Shown: one piece after another, positions 1 through 13,300 of the stretch | Layout of the letters: each line of letters begins with the position of its first letter | How positions within the stretch are numbered: the first letter of the stretch is position 1 | Source of the DNA: Octopus sinensis | Taxonomy: Eukaryota | Direction of reading: 5' to 3' | Assembly (NCBI RefSeq): GCF_006345805.1 | Contig: NC_043009.1 | Span: 47,740,001 to 47,804,000 of the forward strand | DNA length: 64,000 bases | Position numbers and translations under genes: made by a program | The notes under the pieces: model-generated | Seen by the model: the letters and a program-made list of their open reading frames with translations, nothing else | Databases searched by the model: none | What the model was told of the DNA's origin: nothing

Positions 1-946
1 ATTCTGTTATAATGCAAATGTTTAAAGAAATTATGGCATTTGAAATATTTAAACTACCAAGAATTGTCTTTAAAAAAAACATGTATTCCATTTTCTCCAT
101 GCTACAAGTACAGAAGTGATTAATTTTTGCAAGAATTTTCCAGAATCTTTAAAAGCTGTAAATGCTTTGTTCAGTAGCAACTATGAATTTAAGTAGACCT
201 TATGGTACATAAGCTGTTTTAATCTTGTTAAAACTGAGCTAATAATTATAAAATATTAATAAATGACATATACAATTTTTATACCACTATATTATTGTGC
301 CTTGTTTTAGTGAGAGCTTTATATGATATTCATATTCAGAAGAATATTTAGGAAGAATAAGCTTTATCCTTAATTAATATCTACTTTCTCTAGCATAAGT
401 AGAGTTTGTTTAGGCAGATTTTCTATGGCTGGATGCCCTTCCTGTTACCAAGCCTGAATTGTTTCCAAGCAAGATTAAAAGTTTCCCTTGCCAGATATGC
501 TTTTCACAGAAAATTAGAAATGAACAATGTTGCTTAGTCTTCATTGGACTATTTGGTGAAGGGGTAAGCAGGCACAAACTTTGAAGTCACTGTCAACACT
601 ATTTTTGCTAAAGAATAATAAATATGTTCTCTACAAAAAGTATTAAGTAATCGTTCAGTTTAATATAAAATTATTTTTATCATTATAAGACATACAAACA
701 AACATTGATATATATATATATATATACATATATATATTTAGTATACCTCTAATTTGATTATCCCTTTTATTCGAAACCATATTTTATGATATCTTATATT
801 TATCCACCTGTAATGAAGAGAATAGCTTTCTTTGTTGTTTTAAGATAAACTGTGTACTTCTACCCATATGATAATCTAATTCCATTATACATTCATTTTA
901 GATTGTCTTTATCATGCCCTTCTAAACAATATGTTTAAAATATTAT

Positions 947-1344
947 TACTCTTTTACTTGTTTCAGTCATTTGACTGCAGCCATGCTGGAGCACCACCTT
1001 TAGTAGAGCAAATCAACCCAGGACTTATTCTTTGTAAGCCTAGTACTTATTCTATCAGTCTCTTTTGCCGAACAGCTAAGTTACAGGGATATAAACACAC
1101 CAGCATAGGTTGTCAAGCAATGTTGTGGAGGACAAACACAGACACACAAACACACACACATATATACATATGCATATATACGACGGCCTTCTTTCAGTTT
1201 CCATCTACCAAATCCACTCCCAAGGCTTTGGTCAGCCCGAGGCTATAGTAGAAGACACTTGCCCAAGGTGCCATGCAGTGGGACTGAACCAGGAACCATG
1301 TGGTTGGTAAGCAAGCTACTTACCACACAGCCACTCCTGCACCT
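947..1344 (-). mobile_element. tRNA-derived SINE family A (~390 bp, octopus OR-type), full length
   Basis: Reverse complement has A-box TGGCTGTGTGGT, B-box GGTTCAGTCCC, an internal TA/TG microsatellite and the 3' tail GGTGCTCCAGCATGGC..CAGTCAAATGACTGAAACAAGTAAAAGAG; more than 10 near-identical copies in the window. Confidence 0.9.
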
Positions 1345-1752
1345 ATATTAAAAGTGTGTGGGAAAGCTGGTGTCAAAAAATATTTTTTCATATATATTAG
1401 GGTATCCCATTATTAGGTCTTAAGTTTAATTTCTATCCTTATTCTATATATTGATTTAATATTATAAATTTGCTAAGTTATAAATTACTACCTCTAAATC
1501 TTTGAATTCTTTAAATCTAATTTCCACCCCTAAAGTTTATATTACTTATCTCTTTTAGTTTTTCCTTATATTCCCCTTTAATTGATAATCTAAATAAGTA
1601 TTGACCACCCCTATCTGGTTTTATTCCAGTTACCACTCCTTCTCCATCAGACGTTTTCTTACTACCAACTTTGCAATCTACCCTTTTATGTAGATAAAGC
1701 TATATATATATACAGCTTAAATGATGATGATGATATGATGATATATGTATAT

Positions 1753-1807
<55 letters not shown>

Positions 1808-1809
1808 TA

Positions 1810-1883
1810 TGTCAACTGTACTCTAGTTAATGGTGATAAATCAATTAAAGTCAGACAGTCTACTAGACTCCATTGTACTGGAA

Positions 1884-1941
<58 letters not shown>

Positions 1942-2016
1942 TTCCAGTACAATGGGAGTCTAGTAGACTGTCTGACTTTAATTGATTTATCACCATTAAC
2001 TAGAGTACAGTTGACA
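1810..2016. repeat. ~207-bp palindrome: 76/77-bp inverted arms around a (AT)27 tract
   Basis: 1810-1885 is the reverse complement of 1940-2016 except one C indel; centre 1886-1939 is pure AT repeat. Confidence 0.95.
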
Positions 2017-2580
2017 ACTCCAACTGGATTTAATTCTAAATGGTTGAAGACTATATCTATATACTACATAAAGTCTTCTAAATATAAGTAACTATATCAA
2101 GACTCTTTTTACCTTCCACCCCTACTATTCCTTCTGCTACTCTCTAAATCATAGTAGGCTTAACAAGGTATGCACTATTTTCCAAACTCATTCTGCCACA
2201 GTTACAACAAAAGGAAACAATGTAAATATTTTGGTTTCTATTATTGATGTAAATTTGTTGAAAAATGGTTATCCTTCATGTTTGAAGTCTATGAATTCAT
2301 CTGACAAGAATGGTTTCTTTCAAATTGATGTAATATTTTCATCAATCAATTAAATGTAGCTGCTTGAAACAGCTGTAATGAATTGACACCTGTACATCTT
2401 TGTTACTTATGTATATACATACATACATACATATTCCCTCAAATAATTATTATATATATATATGTGGAGGTCATCTTTATTTTGTTATCTCCCCTACTTC
2501 TTTGCTCTCCTGTGTGACCCTTCTGTCCGGCAGTGGCCATACTACATCGGTAGCCACTACACACATTTTCTTCTGTGTCC

Positions 2581-2616
2581 CTTTCTGTAGAAGAGCGTAG
2601 GCTCGAAACGTAAAAG
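2581..2616 (+). ncRNA. Minimal type I hammerhead-like motif (A6U variant) in a TA-flanked repeat (~2464-2706)
   Basis: CTTT-CTGTAGA-A-GAGC(GTAG)GCTC-GAAA-C-GTA-AAAG: stem I CTTT/AAAG, stem II GAGC/GCTC, palindromic ACGT stem III, GUA site. Confidence 0.7.
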
Positions 2617-2760
2617 ACTTTTACTGTTCCTGAGCATTATACTAATACATCTGTTTATTTTCTACACCACCTATCTTCATCTTTTGTTTTTTTCGTGAAC
2701 TCTCCTATATATACGTATATGTATATGCCACAACTCACACGCCTGCACACACACACACAC

Positions 2761-2804
<44 letters not shown>

Positions 2805-3159
2805 CAGGCTTCTTTTAGTTTCTGTCAACCAATCCACTCACAAAGTCAGCTCAGGATGATAGTAGAAGACCCTTGCCTAAGATGCCATGTAACGGGATTG
2901 AACTCAAGACATATGATTGAGAAGCAAACTTTTTAACAGCACTACATCTGCAGCTATCTCATTTATTTATAAAAATTCTAAGAACATATTGAGAATATAT
3001 TTCTTAATGGGAGAATGCTTAAGTTTAAGTAGGTGAGATGAAGAAAAAAATGGAATTACTGTACTCAGTTCCAATGTGTAAAAATAAAGTTAGCTTATAA
3101 GAATCGAGTACAGTTCCAATATAAAGATAAAATTTCCAGTAAATGGAGACGATGGAGAT

Positions 3160-3593
3160 ATACTTTTCTACTCTAGGCACAAGGACTGAAATTTTGGGGG
3201 AGGGGGCAGTTGATTAGATCTATCCCAGTACACAACTGGTACTTAATTTATCAAGCCCTGAAAGGTGGAAAGGCAAAGTTGACCTTGGCAGAATTTGAAC
3301 TCATAACGTAAAGACAGACGAAATTCTGCTAAGCATTTTGCCCGGCGTGCTAACGTTTTTTCTTTCTTTATTGTCCACAAGGGGCTAAACATAGAGGGGA
3401 CAAACAAGGACAGACAAAAGGATTAAGTCAATTACATCGATCCCAGTGCGTAACTGGTACTTAATTTATTGACCCCGAAAGGATGAAAAGCAAAGTTAAC
3501 GTTGGCGGAATTTGAACTCAGAATGTAAAGACAGACAAAATACCGCTCAGCATTTTGCCCGGCATGTTATCGTTTCTGCCAGCTCGCCGCCTT
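3160..3593 (-). mobile_element. Two adjacent copies of tRNA-derived SINE family B (~230 bp)
   Basis: Reverse complement of GGCGGCGAGCTGGCAGAAACG...GAGTTCAAATTCCGCC...TTTCATCCTTTCGGGGTCAATAAATTAAGTACCAG; central domain resembles the MetaSINE-type core as I recall it. Confidence 0.85.
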
Positions 3594-4320
3594 TGATGTA
3601 GATATACGAAAGATGTACAATATTTACGAATATTATTTACTACAACGAGGTCAACTAGTAAGGTTTATATAAACAAGAACATATGTCTTATGCTAAAAGA
3701 ACTCAAACACAACAAAGAATGATAGATATTAATAATTCAAGGTTATCCCATAAAAGTAAAGCAGCGAATAAATGAATAAATATACAAATAAAAAGAAAAT
3801 TGAATGAGAAATTTAATGATACAATTTGGTGACCTCAGTAACCTTGTTTTGTGCAACTAGGTCAATAAATAGTAATTTTAATAGTTGTAACTGGATACAT
3901 AACCAGGCTGTTGTAGATCTGGGATGATTGTGTGTGTGTGTGTGTGTGTGGTGTGTGTGTGTGTGCATGTGTGTGTTTGTGTGTGTGCTATCTCATTTCC
4001 AACACATGAAAAAGTGATGGTGGCAAACATTAACAACAATCAGCTTGAACATTCAAAATCTTTCTCTACTTCCTCAGAGATGACTGTCATCATCATTGCT
4101 GTCACCGTCATCAAATGTCCATTTCCCATCTTGGCATAGCTTGGACGGTTTGGCTAGAACCTTGCAAGATGGAGAGCTACACTAAGTTCCAGCTGTGCGT
4201 TTCGGCTTGGTCTCTACAGCTGGATGCCCTTCCAAATAGCAACCACTTTACAGAGACTTACCCAAAGTGCCATGTTCTAGAATTCAATCTAGGACTAAAG
4301 CTATACTTGTACCACACACA

Positions 4321-4505
4321 AAGGCAGCAATTTGGTAGAGACGTTAGCATGCTGGGCGAAGTGCTTTGTGGTATTTTGCCCGTCGCTACGTTCTGAGTTC
4401 AAATTCCGCCGAGGTCGACTTTGCCTTTCATCCTTTTGGGGTCAATAAATTAAGTACCAGTTACGCACTGGGGTCGCTATAATCGACTTAATCTGTTTGT
4501 CTGTG
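4321..4505 (+). mobile_element. SINE family B, 3'-truncated
   Basis: GAGTTCAAATTCCGCCGAGGTCGACTTTGCCTTTCATCC core. Confidence 0.85.
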
Positions 4506-5610
4506 ATTGTTGTAAACACACTTACACATACTTCTTTCAAATCATCTATCTCTGGAATAAATTTCACTCTTGGATATTTAGTACTTTTTACAGCTTGGAC
4601 ACTTCATTCAGTTTTAATAATTTTTTATTCACTAGTTTCAATAATTGGTGTATGGTCAGGCTGGAGCATCATCATGCAGAAAAATAAAGTTACACAGAGT
4701 TAATTAGATTTTGTTCCAACACACATTTCTTAGCGTATACATTCTTCAGGAATGTATGCACTTTAAACAAGATAATTCTTGTAAGTAGCTTGTTAAGTGA
4801 GTAAACATCTGATCATGCATTTGTTTGATATTGAATGTAGGAGAAAACTCAAGTTAATCAAAGATTTATTTAAAGATCAACAGATTTAGTTAGTTCATTG
4901 CATAAAATTAAACGAGACATAGCAATAATGAAATCTTAATTAAACACAACTATTTAATAAATGGTTATGCATCTCCTGCTTTAAGATAAAGTTTGCTGTG
5001 AGTAATTATTTACAATTTAAATAGGAATTAAAACTAATTATTTATGTATTTTATGAAGCAATTTGCAAACAAGTGTTGTTGGTTACAGGTTTCCAACGCA
5101 CTTATTGCTAATTCAATGCATTTCAGATAACTTGAGTGACAAGGAAGTGTTTAATCCAATACAGAACAACTATCTAAAGGAATTTAAAAAAGCAGTAGCT
5201 TTCAAGTTTTTGTTTACATCCTTTGTCAATGTACAGCAGTAAAAGATAAACAGAGACATACCATGAGAATAGGCTTCTGGATAGTTTCCATCAACCAGAT
5301 GTCACTCATAATGTTTTAGTCAACTGAAGACTGTGGCTGATCAAGGTTAAGAGAAATGGAGTTATTGTGCGGTAAGAAGTTCACTTCCCAACTACATGGT
5401 TCCAGGTTCAGTCCCACTGTGTGACACCATGACAAAGTGTCTTCTACTATATCCTTGGGCTGGCGAAGGCTTGTGAGTGGATTTGGTAAATGGAAACTGA
5501 AAGATCCCCTATATATGTAATTGAAGAAATTTGAGCCATCAAGGAATACAGTTAGACAGTTTTTTTTTTAATTGCTACAATTGTTTTGACACAACGTAGT
5601 TCTCCAGGAA

Positions 5611-5868
5611 CCATGCTTGTATGGGTTGGACAGTTTGACTGAGAATTGGCATGCCGGGAGGCAGCACCAGGCTCCAATCTGATTTGGCAAGGTTTCTACA
5701 GCTGGATGTCCTCCCTAACTCCTACCACTCCGAGAGTTTTGTGGGTGCCTTTTATGTGCCACCAGCACGGGTACCAGTCAGGTGGCACTGGTATCGGCCA
5801 AGCTCGAATGGTGCTTTTTTAAGTGCCACCAGCATGGGTGTGAGTCAGGTGGCATTGGCATCGGCCAC
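5611..5868 (-). mobile_element. RTE-type LINE 3' UTR fragment
   Basis: Matches the (ATG)n-tailed family (GGGTTGGAC...CTACAGCTGGATG...GGTGCTTTT..GTGCCACC) that is contiguous with an RTE ORF end at 29.7-30.3 kb. Confidence 0.7.
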
Positions 5869-6113
5869 ATACACACACACACATATATATACACACACAC
5901 ATACATATATATATATATCTATATATATGTGTTTTTGGGTCAGTGTTTGTCCCTCACCACTGCTTGACAACCAGTGCTGGTGTGTCTACATCTTTGTAAC
6001 TTAGTTTGGCAGAAAAGACCAACAGAATAAGTACCAGGCTTAGAAATTAAAAAACCAAAAAAAAAAAAAAAACGTACTGGGGTCAATTCACTTAATCAAA
6101 AATTTTTCAAATA

Positions 6114-6516
6114 GGCGCAGGAGTGGCTGTGTGGTAAGTAGCTTGCTTACCAACCACATGGTTCTGGATTCAGTCCCACTGCGTGGCATCTTGGGCAAGT
6201 GTCTTCTGCTATAGCCTCGGGCCGACCAATGCCTTGCGAGTGGATTTGGGAGACGGAAACCGAAAGAAGCCTGTCGTATATGTGTATATATATATGTATG
6301 TGTGTGTATGTTTGTGTGTCTGTGTTTGTCCCCCTAGCATTGCTTGACAACCGATGCTGGTGTGTTTACGTCCCCGTCACTTAACGGTTCGGCAAAAGAG
6401 ACCGATAGAATAAGTACTGGGCTTACAAAGAATAAATCCCGGGGTCGATTTGCTTGACTAAAGGCGGTGCTCCAGCATGGCCGCAGTCAAATGACTAAAA
6501 CAAGTAAAAGAGTAAA
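6114..6516 (+). mobile_element. SINE family A, full length
   Basis: GGCGCAGGAGTGGCTGTGTGGTAAG head through ...ACAAGTAAAAGAG tail. Confidence 0.92.
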
Positions 6517-7162
6517 CCCTAGAACTATACGATTGTGAAGTGGAGTCGTTAACCATAAAGCCATGCCTGTGCTCATTTGCTAGTATCTGTTTGTTTTCAC
6601 CCCGACCTCAAAGTATACAAATTCCAATAGATTTCAACATGCTGGAAACAATCAAATTTGTATGTGCACACACTAACACACACACACACACACAGAGAAG
6701 CAGACATATGCATGCAAACACACACACACGCACTGTTCAGTAACATAATCATGTCACAGTCATATTTATTATTTCTGCTTCCTTCTATTTACTTCCCAAA
6801 TAAATATTTTCGTTAAATTCATAACGTTTACCAGGAGTAACATGTGTATATATCCAAAGTTTCTCCTTTTTTACGTCTTGTTTTGCTATACACATCAACC
6901 CTTCACATTATTCTTCGCTGACTAGTTTAAATAACAAAACAGCTCTCACTGCTCTTGCTTGCAGCTTGGTGGATAACCACTGTCTTCTCTACCAGAGTAA
7001 ACTATATACACACAATATATTTCTTAAATGGCTGGTTTGTTGCCATCACCTATTTCCTCCTTACTGAAGTATGTCTAGAGATAACATCAGGGTTTTAATT
7101 TTGTCGAGGACAAAACACTCTCCTTGGTGCCGATAAACCTTTCTATGTACACATACATACAC

Positions 7163-7545
7163 AATCATCATCATCATTGTCGTCGTCATCATCATCGTCA
7201 TGATCATCATTTTCATCATCGTCATCATCATCATTACCACAATCATTGTTGTCATCGTCATCATCACCATCATCATTGCCGCTGCTGCGATTGTCGTTGA
7301 TGTCATCACTGTCGTCATCACTATCATCATCATTGTCATCGTCATCATCATCACTGTTTTCATCATCATCACCATCATCATTGCCGCTGCTGCCTTTGTC
7401 ATTGACGTCATCACTGTCAACATTGTCATCATCATCGTCATCATCGTCATCATCATCACTTTCATCATCATCATCATCATCGTCATCATCGTCATCGTCA
7501 TCATCATCATAATTGTCATCGTCATCTTCATCATCATCATCATTA
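7163..7545. repeat. Degenerate (CAT)n/(CGT)n tract with a ~105-bp internal duplication
   Basis: CATCACCATCATCATTGCCGCTGCTGC occurs twice; the tract abuts a TTTAACATCCGCTTT retro-element end. Confidence 0.9.
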
Positions 7546-8026
7546 TTTAACATCCGCTTTCCCATGCTTCAGATGAGTCAGATGGAGTTTCTTGAAGCAT
7601 ATATATTCTACAGCTGGATGCGCTTCCTATTGCCAACCCCCACCTGTTTCCAAGCAAGTTAATATTTCCCCAAAGCCAGACATATTTTCACGGAAGATTC
7701 AAAATAAAAGACACCGCTTGCACAATAGTGATATTTGTTTACAACAATCACATGAAGTTAAGGCAATAACACCCACACACATATCCACATACTCATACAC
7801 ATATGCATGCACGCACACACACATACACACAATAGTTTTTCTTCAGTTTCCTTTGACCAACTCCCCTCATAAAGTTTTCTCTGATTCAGAGCCATAGGAG
7901 AAGACACTTGCCCAAGGTGTGCCGTGCAGTGAAACAGAACCCAGGATCATGTGGTTGAGAAACAAACTTCCTACCACACCGCCACACTTGCACCTATCCA
8001 TAGAATCATATATGCACTTATATATA

Positions 8027-8157
8027 CAGGGTGCCCCCAAAAAATGTATACACATAGTGGTTCAGCAAAAGAGAACGATAGAATAAGTACTAGGCTTACA
8101 AAGAATAACAAATTTACAATTATTTAAGGTGTGTATACATTTTTTTGGGACACCCTG
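8027..8157. mobile_element. Tc1/mariner-type MITE
   Basis: TIRs CAGGGTGCCCCCAAAAAATGTATACAC / GTGTATACATTTTTTTGGGACACCCTG flanked by TA on both sides. Confidence 0.85.
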
Positions 8158-8206
<49 letters not shown>

Positions 8207-8230
8207 ATATATATATTCATCATCATCATC

Positions 8231-8598
8231 ATTACCCTGTGAACATAAGTGAAAGCAGGATATTGTAGTTACTCGTTTTGTCTGTGTGTTTGCAAAATTA
8301 CTGGAAAATGACTGAACAGATTTTCACCAAATTTGCAGAATATTCATTGGGTGAGTGGCTCAAACTCATTATTTTGGTTTGATTATCTTCAACACTGGCT
8401 GACAGCTGAATCAAAATGTTTTCTTTTTTTCCTTTTTGCTTTGTTTGCAAATGCATAAACGATAAGCAGGGGAAATAACTCTTGATGTCATTTTGTTGAA
8501 ATATGAATTTGTCTGAAAAAGTATTTATTAAATCAAATTTTATTTTATCCTTGTGTGCGTGCAGGGTATGCATCGCCACTCTAATGCCATTTTGTTGT
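8231..8598 (+). mobile_element. Helentron-associated non-autonomous element (HINE/DINE-like), decayed
   Basis: Sub-terminal IR TACCCTG / CAGGGTA, followed by a short GCAT...ATGC hairpin and a T-rich end; (GTCT/GT) microsatellite near the 5' end. Confidence 0.5.
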
Positions 8599-9024
8599 TT
8601 TCATTTAATGTCTGTTTTCAATGCTGGCTTCAGTTGGCTGGTTTGACTGGAGCTGGCCAACCAGAGAGCTGCACCAGGCTCCAGTAGCCTGTTTTAGTTT
8701 GGTTTCTATGGTTGGATGCCCCTCCTAATACCAACAACTTTACAGAGTGTACTGCATGTCTTTTACGTGGCACCAACACAGATGCTTTTTATGTAGCGCC
8801 AGCAAGGGTGCTTTTTATGTTGCATAAGTAAGGGTACTGGGTATTATAGGTACTGGATATTAAAAGGTATATCATCATCATCATCATCCTCATTTAACGT
8901 CCGCTTTCCATGCTATCATGGGTTGGACGATTTGACCGAGGTCTGGCGAACCAAACTCCAATCTGATCCGGCAGAGTTTCTACAGCTGGATGCCCTTCCT
9001 AACGCCAATATAATAACATTCTGT

Positions 9025-9331
9025 GGAGGCGCAATGGCCCAGTGGTTAGGGCAGCGGACTTGCGGTTGTAGGTTCGCGGTTTCAATTCCCAGACCGGGCA
9101 TTGTGAGTGTTTATTGAGCGAAAACACCTACAGCTCCATGAGGCTCCAGCAGGGGGGGGGACATCCCTGCTGTACTCTTTCGCCACAACTTTCTCTCACT
9201 CTTTCTTCTGTTGGCCTGATCGCTTAGGCAGTGGGGTGGCGTCATTTGAAGGCTAAAACAATGCAAAGTGCATTGTGACCAGCGATGTGTAGCAACATCT
9301 GATAGCCTGGTCGGTCACGGTGATCACGGTG
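9025..9331 (+). mobile_element. tRNA-derived SINE family D
   Basis: Head GGCGCAATGGCCCAGTGGTTAGGGCAGCGG...GGTTTCAATTCCC; 3' GGTCACGGTGATCACGGTG; older copy at ~32610-32850. Confidence 0.75.
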
Positions 9332-9761
9332 GTAATGACATATACTAGATACAGGCAGTAAATGCTCAGACCAGATGAGATGCTTAAAATCCAATGTCAA
9401 ACAAGAGGAGACAGAGTGCAAGCAAATAAGACTTGGCTACAGGCACCGTATCAGTAAAGCTAATGACAAAATAATAAAATAAAAGATGGACAAGTGATTG
9501 TAAGTAGCATCAAATCAGTTTAGAAATAGACTTGAATTCTCTTCCCTTTATTCTCTGACATTAATGTTTGAACTTTCAAGATATATAGCTTATCTATGAG
9601 GAATTACTATGAGCTCTTGCTTTCCTCTTTCTCCTGTTTCTTTTTTTTTCCTGCTTCGTTCATATTTTCATATTCTCTTCTGTATGTCTATTTTATAAAA
9701 GAATCGATGCAACTTAGAACTGTCTGTCCATCTTTATTTTATATGCATATGTGATATATAT

Positions 9762-10153
9762 AGGACACAGGAGTAGATGTGTGGTAAGTAGCTTGCTTAC
9801 CAACCACATGGTTCCGGGTTCAGTCCCACCACGTGGCACCTTGGGCAAGTGTCTTCTACTATAGCCTCGGGTTGACCAAAGCCATGTGAGTGGATTTGGT
9901 AGATGGAAACTGAAAAGAAGCCCGTTGTATATATGTATATATATGTGTGTGCATATGTTTGTTCCCCCAACATCGCTTGACAACTGATGCTGGTGTGTTT
10001 ACATCACTGTAACTTAGCAGATCGGCGAAAGAGACCAATAGAATAAGTACTAGGCTTACAAAGAGTAAGTCCTGGGGTCGATTTTCTTGACTAAAGGCGG
10101 TGCTCCAACATGGCCACAGTCAAATGACTGAAACAGGTAAAAGAGTAAAAGAG
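9762..10153 (+). mobile_element. SINE family A
   Basis: Colinear with the 6114-6516 copy. Confidence 0.9.
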
Positions 10154-10183
10154 TATATATATATTGCGTCTAGCCACCTTAGT

Positions 10184-10216
<33 letters not shown>

Positions 10217-10218
<2 letters not shown>

Positions 10219-10348
10219 ATGTAATGCTATGGGTTGGCCCTGCCCCTCTGGCGAATCTCTGGCATGTCATGTAATGTTATGGGTTCAGTCTGCCCCTCTG
10301 GCGAATCTGACATGTCATGTAATGTTATGGGTTGGGTCTGCCCCTCTG
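10217..10348. repeat. Minisatellite, ~48-50-bp unit, ~2.7 copies
   Basis: CATGTAATGYTATGGGTT...CTGCCCCTCTG repeated three times. Confidence 0.85.
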
Positions 10349-13300
10349 TCAAACTATGCCAGCATAGATAAAGGATGTTCCATAAACAACATTGTCCGGA
10401 CTTGTGCCTCAGAGAGGAACTTCCTACATGCAATCCTATGGGGGCGTCCTTACTCTGTAAACACATGCACACATGCATGCATCTACACACACATGCATAG
10501 ATGCACGCACACACAAAAATCTTCATTCGAACTTCTGCCATGGCCTTCCCCTCTTTTTTTCTGGATGTGGCATCCACTCTTGTCAGTTTGCTATTCTAGC
10601 TATTATCCTTTTTTCTAAACACATGTCCCATGAAAGACAATTTAAGAGTCTTGTTTTCCAGATAATATGAGTTAAACCTGCTGCCAGTCTTATCTTAAAA
10701 GATGGATGAGGAAAACATCAAAACTTTCGTCGGTAGAGGCAACATGTTGAGGCCTTCATCCAGCAGTGAACTGAACACATGCAAAGGACAATATCATCAT
10801 CATCACCATCACCATCATTATCATCTTCATTTAATGTCCATTGTCCATGCTAGCATCAGTTGGATGATTTGACTAGAGCTTGCAAGCTGGAGAGCTGCAC
10901 CAGGTTCCAGTCCGATTTGGCATGGTCTTTACAGCTGGATGCCTTTTCTAATGCCAACCACTTTACAGAGTGTGTTGGGTGCTTTTACATGGTACCACAT
11001 GGATGCTTTTGCGTGACGCTCCATGGGCACCTTTATGTAGCACAGCCATGAGTGCTTTTTATGTAGCACTTGTGGCAGTGCTCTGGAAAGGTGCACATGT
11101 GGTGTCCCATAAAAGCACTTGTGCAGTGCTTTTATGCAGCACTCCATGACATACACACGCACTTCATTTAATATACATGATCAATGGCGGTGCCCCAGCA
11201 TGGCCGCAGCCAGCCTCAAGGCTGAAACATGTTAAAAAATGATATTTAAATATGAGCTACTGTTAGTTTCATGCTGTGGAAATACAATAAATTAACCTTG
11301 TGCTTCCAAGCAATCCTTCAGGCTCAAATAGACAATAGGATTTTTTCTTTTCTTTTTTCTTTTTTTTTTTTTGGAATAGTGGATCTCAAAGCACTTAAAA
11401 GTTATAAATAATAACTTCAAGAGCCACTGTTCCCCAACTCCAAAAAATAAACAAAAAATTATTTCATGCTCTCCAGAAAGTTTACAAATTCCTAAAATGC
11501 CAACAATATGTGTGTGTATGTGTGTGTGTGTGTTTTATTTTTGGCTTGGTTTCTATGGTGAGATGAAATGAAAGCAAGATGAGGTTCCTTGATTCCATTT
11601 ATGTGAGAATTATCCCTCTATCCCCATTCCGATGCACGCTGACTCCAAACACAATGACTACTTTAACCCATGTCAGTACAGAAAGCAGATGTAAAATTAA
11701 GATGGTGATCATATGTGTATATATTTATACATGCACATATGATTTACACAAACACACACACAGAGAAAGATAAATGCACATAAATATATTTATAAACAGT
11801 GTAATATTCTTGAAATCAAATTTGCAAAGCTAATATTTCAAAAATATTGAAAATAAATATCATTAGCAATGAATGACACCTATTTTGTTTAGATGAACAC
11901 AGAAAGTAAATATAGAATGTGGAGCAACAATTGTGCATTCAGAAGCTAGTTGGTATATTTAATAAAATATCTTTACCTGGTTAGAAGACAACAATGAAAA
12001 ATATCATATTGATTTTTGACCATTTAACAAGAAAAGCAAGAAGAGAAACTGTGAAAGCAATCAGAGTCTGAGAAAAACAGAACCTGAAGACTTGAGTTAT
12101 AAATTCTATCTTGTATATAAATGGATTAGTTCAGTGAATAAAAGAATATGAAAATTAAAAAGCACTTGGTTATATAAAGTTGGACAAAACAGTAATGAAA
12201 GCATTTCCTGCATCAGAATCTGGAAAATATATTAATTAGAGTGTGTAATCTAGAGAAAGTAGTCTGGAAATGAAATCTTATGATCAGACTAACACAGAGA
12301 TCAATATTCCAGTTTATAGCAGGATAAAGAATAAATGAAAGAACCGTATGCAACAGCAGCAGCAGCAGCAACAGCAGTAACAGCAGTAGAACACCAACAA
12401 TGGAATGGAAAAGAAGCTTTAGACAAGAATTATCTCGGCAATAGGTATATTTGAATATGTGATATTGAATATAGCTAGATCTTATTTTCTGGGTGGCCCT
12501 GACATTTTTCTATTTACTAACAAGATCTTTCTAAATCTTCTCTCCATCAATTCTATTAGATATCTTTGACAATCAGATAGGACTTTGTTCAGATATTTTT
12601 CTTCAGACAAGGAAATAATTTCATTTATCTACGTAAAATGTCTGTTGGTTAGCATTCATAGAAAACAGACACCGTTGCCCTTTATTTAACTATTTTTATT
12701 GACCTTGCTGTCAATATTTCTATGGTAGTGTTATAACTTTAATAACTGACGTTCTTTACATACAAATCTCAACACAAGAATGAATCATACATTTCAGGTT
12801 TACATTTATATTTTTATTTTATTTTCTTTTTCCATTTCTGAATAAGTGATTACTAATCTTCCCAACAATACTTGTATCGAAATCCCAACAACTTGAGAAT
12901 AATGACATTATACAATACTTATAATGCATCTGTGACCAAGCTACCATTTATGACAAACAATAGCCATCACTTACAAGTAATTATGACTTATGACCTTGTC
13001 CCATATATATATATATATATAAGTGTTTTCATTGTCTAAAATGGTCACAAGCAAATGCAGATGCATTCTTGACCCTCCCATCCTTGATCCAGCTGAACAT
13101 TAATGATATGACAAAAGGAAAAGAGAGCTGAGCCAGTGCCCAGCTGGTACTCATTTTCAGCAGAGTGGCGCAATGTAAAATGAAGTGCCTTGCTCAAGGA
13201 CACAATATAGATCATACTTATCAAGTTTTTTGCTAAAACTATGATGCAAAGGGAGATTTTATTTTTACTACTAACTTTTTTCATCTCTCTAAAAGTTTTT

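Noticed and set aside
931-1310. Recurrent peptides such as FQFPSTKSTHKALV and RGYSRRHLPK
   Set aside because: They are translations of SINE family A, repeated wherever the SINE occurs
7061-7565. Long poly-Asp/poly-Met/poly-Ser ORFs
   Set aside because: Open in several frames only because of a (CAT)n tract; no coding signal
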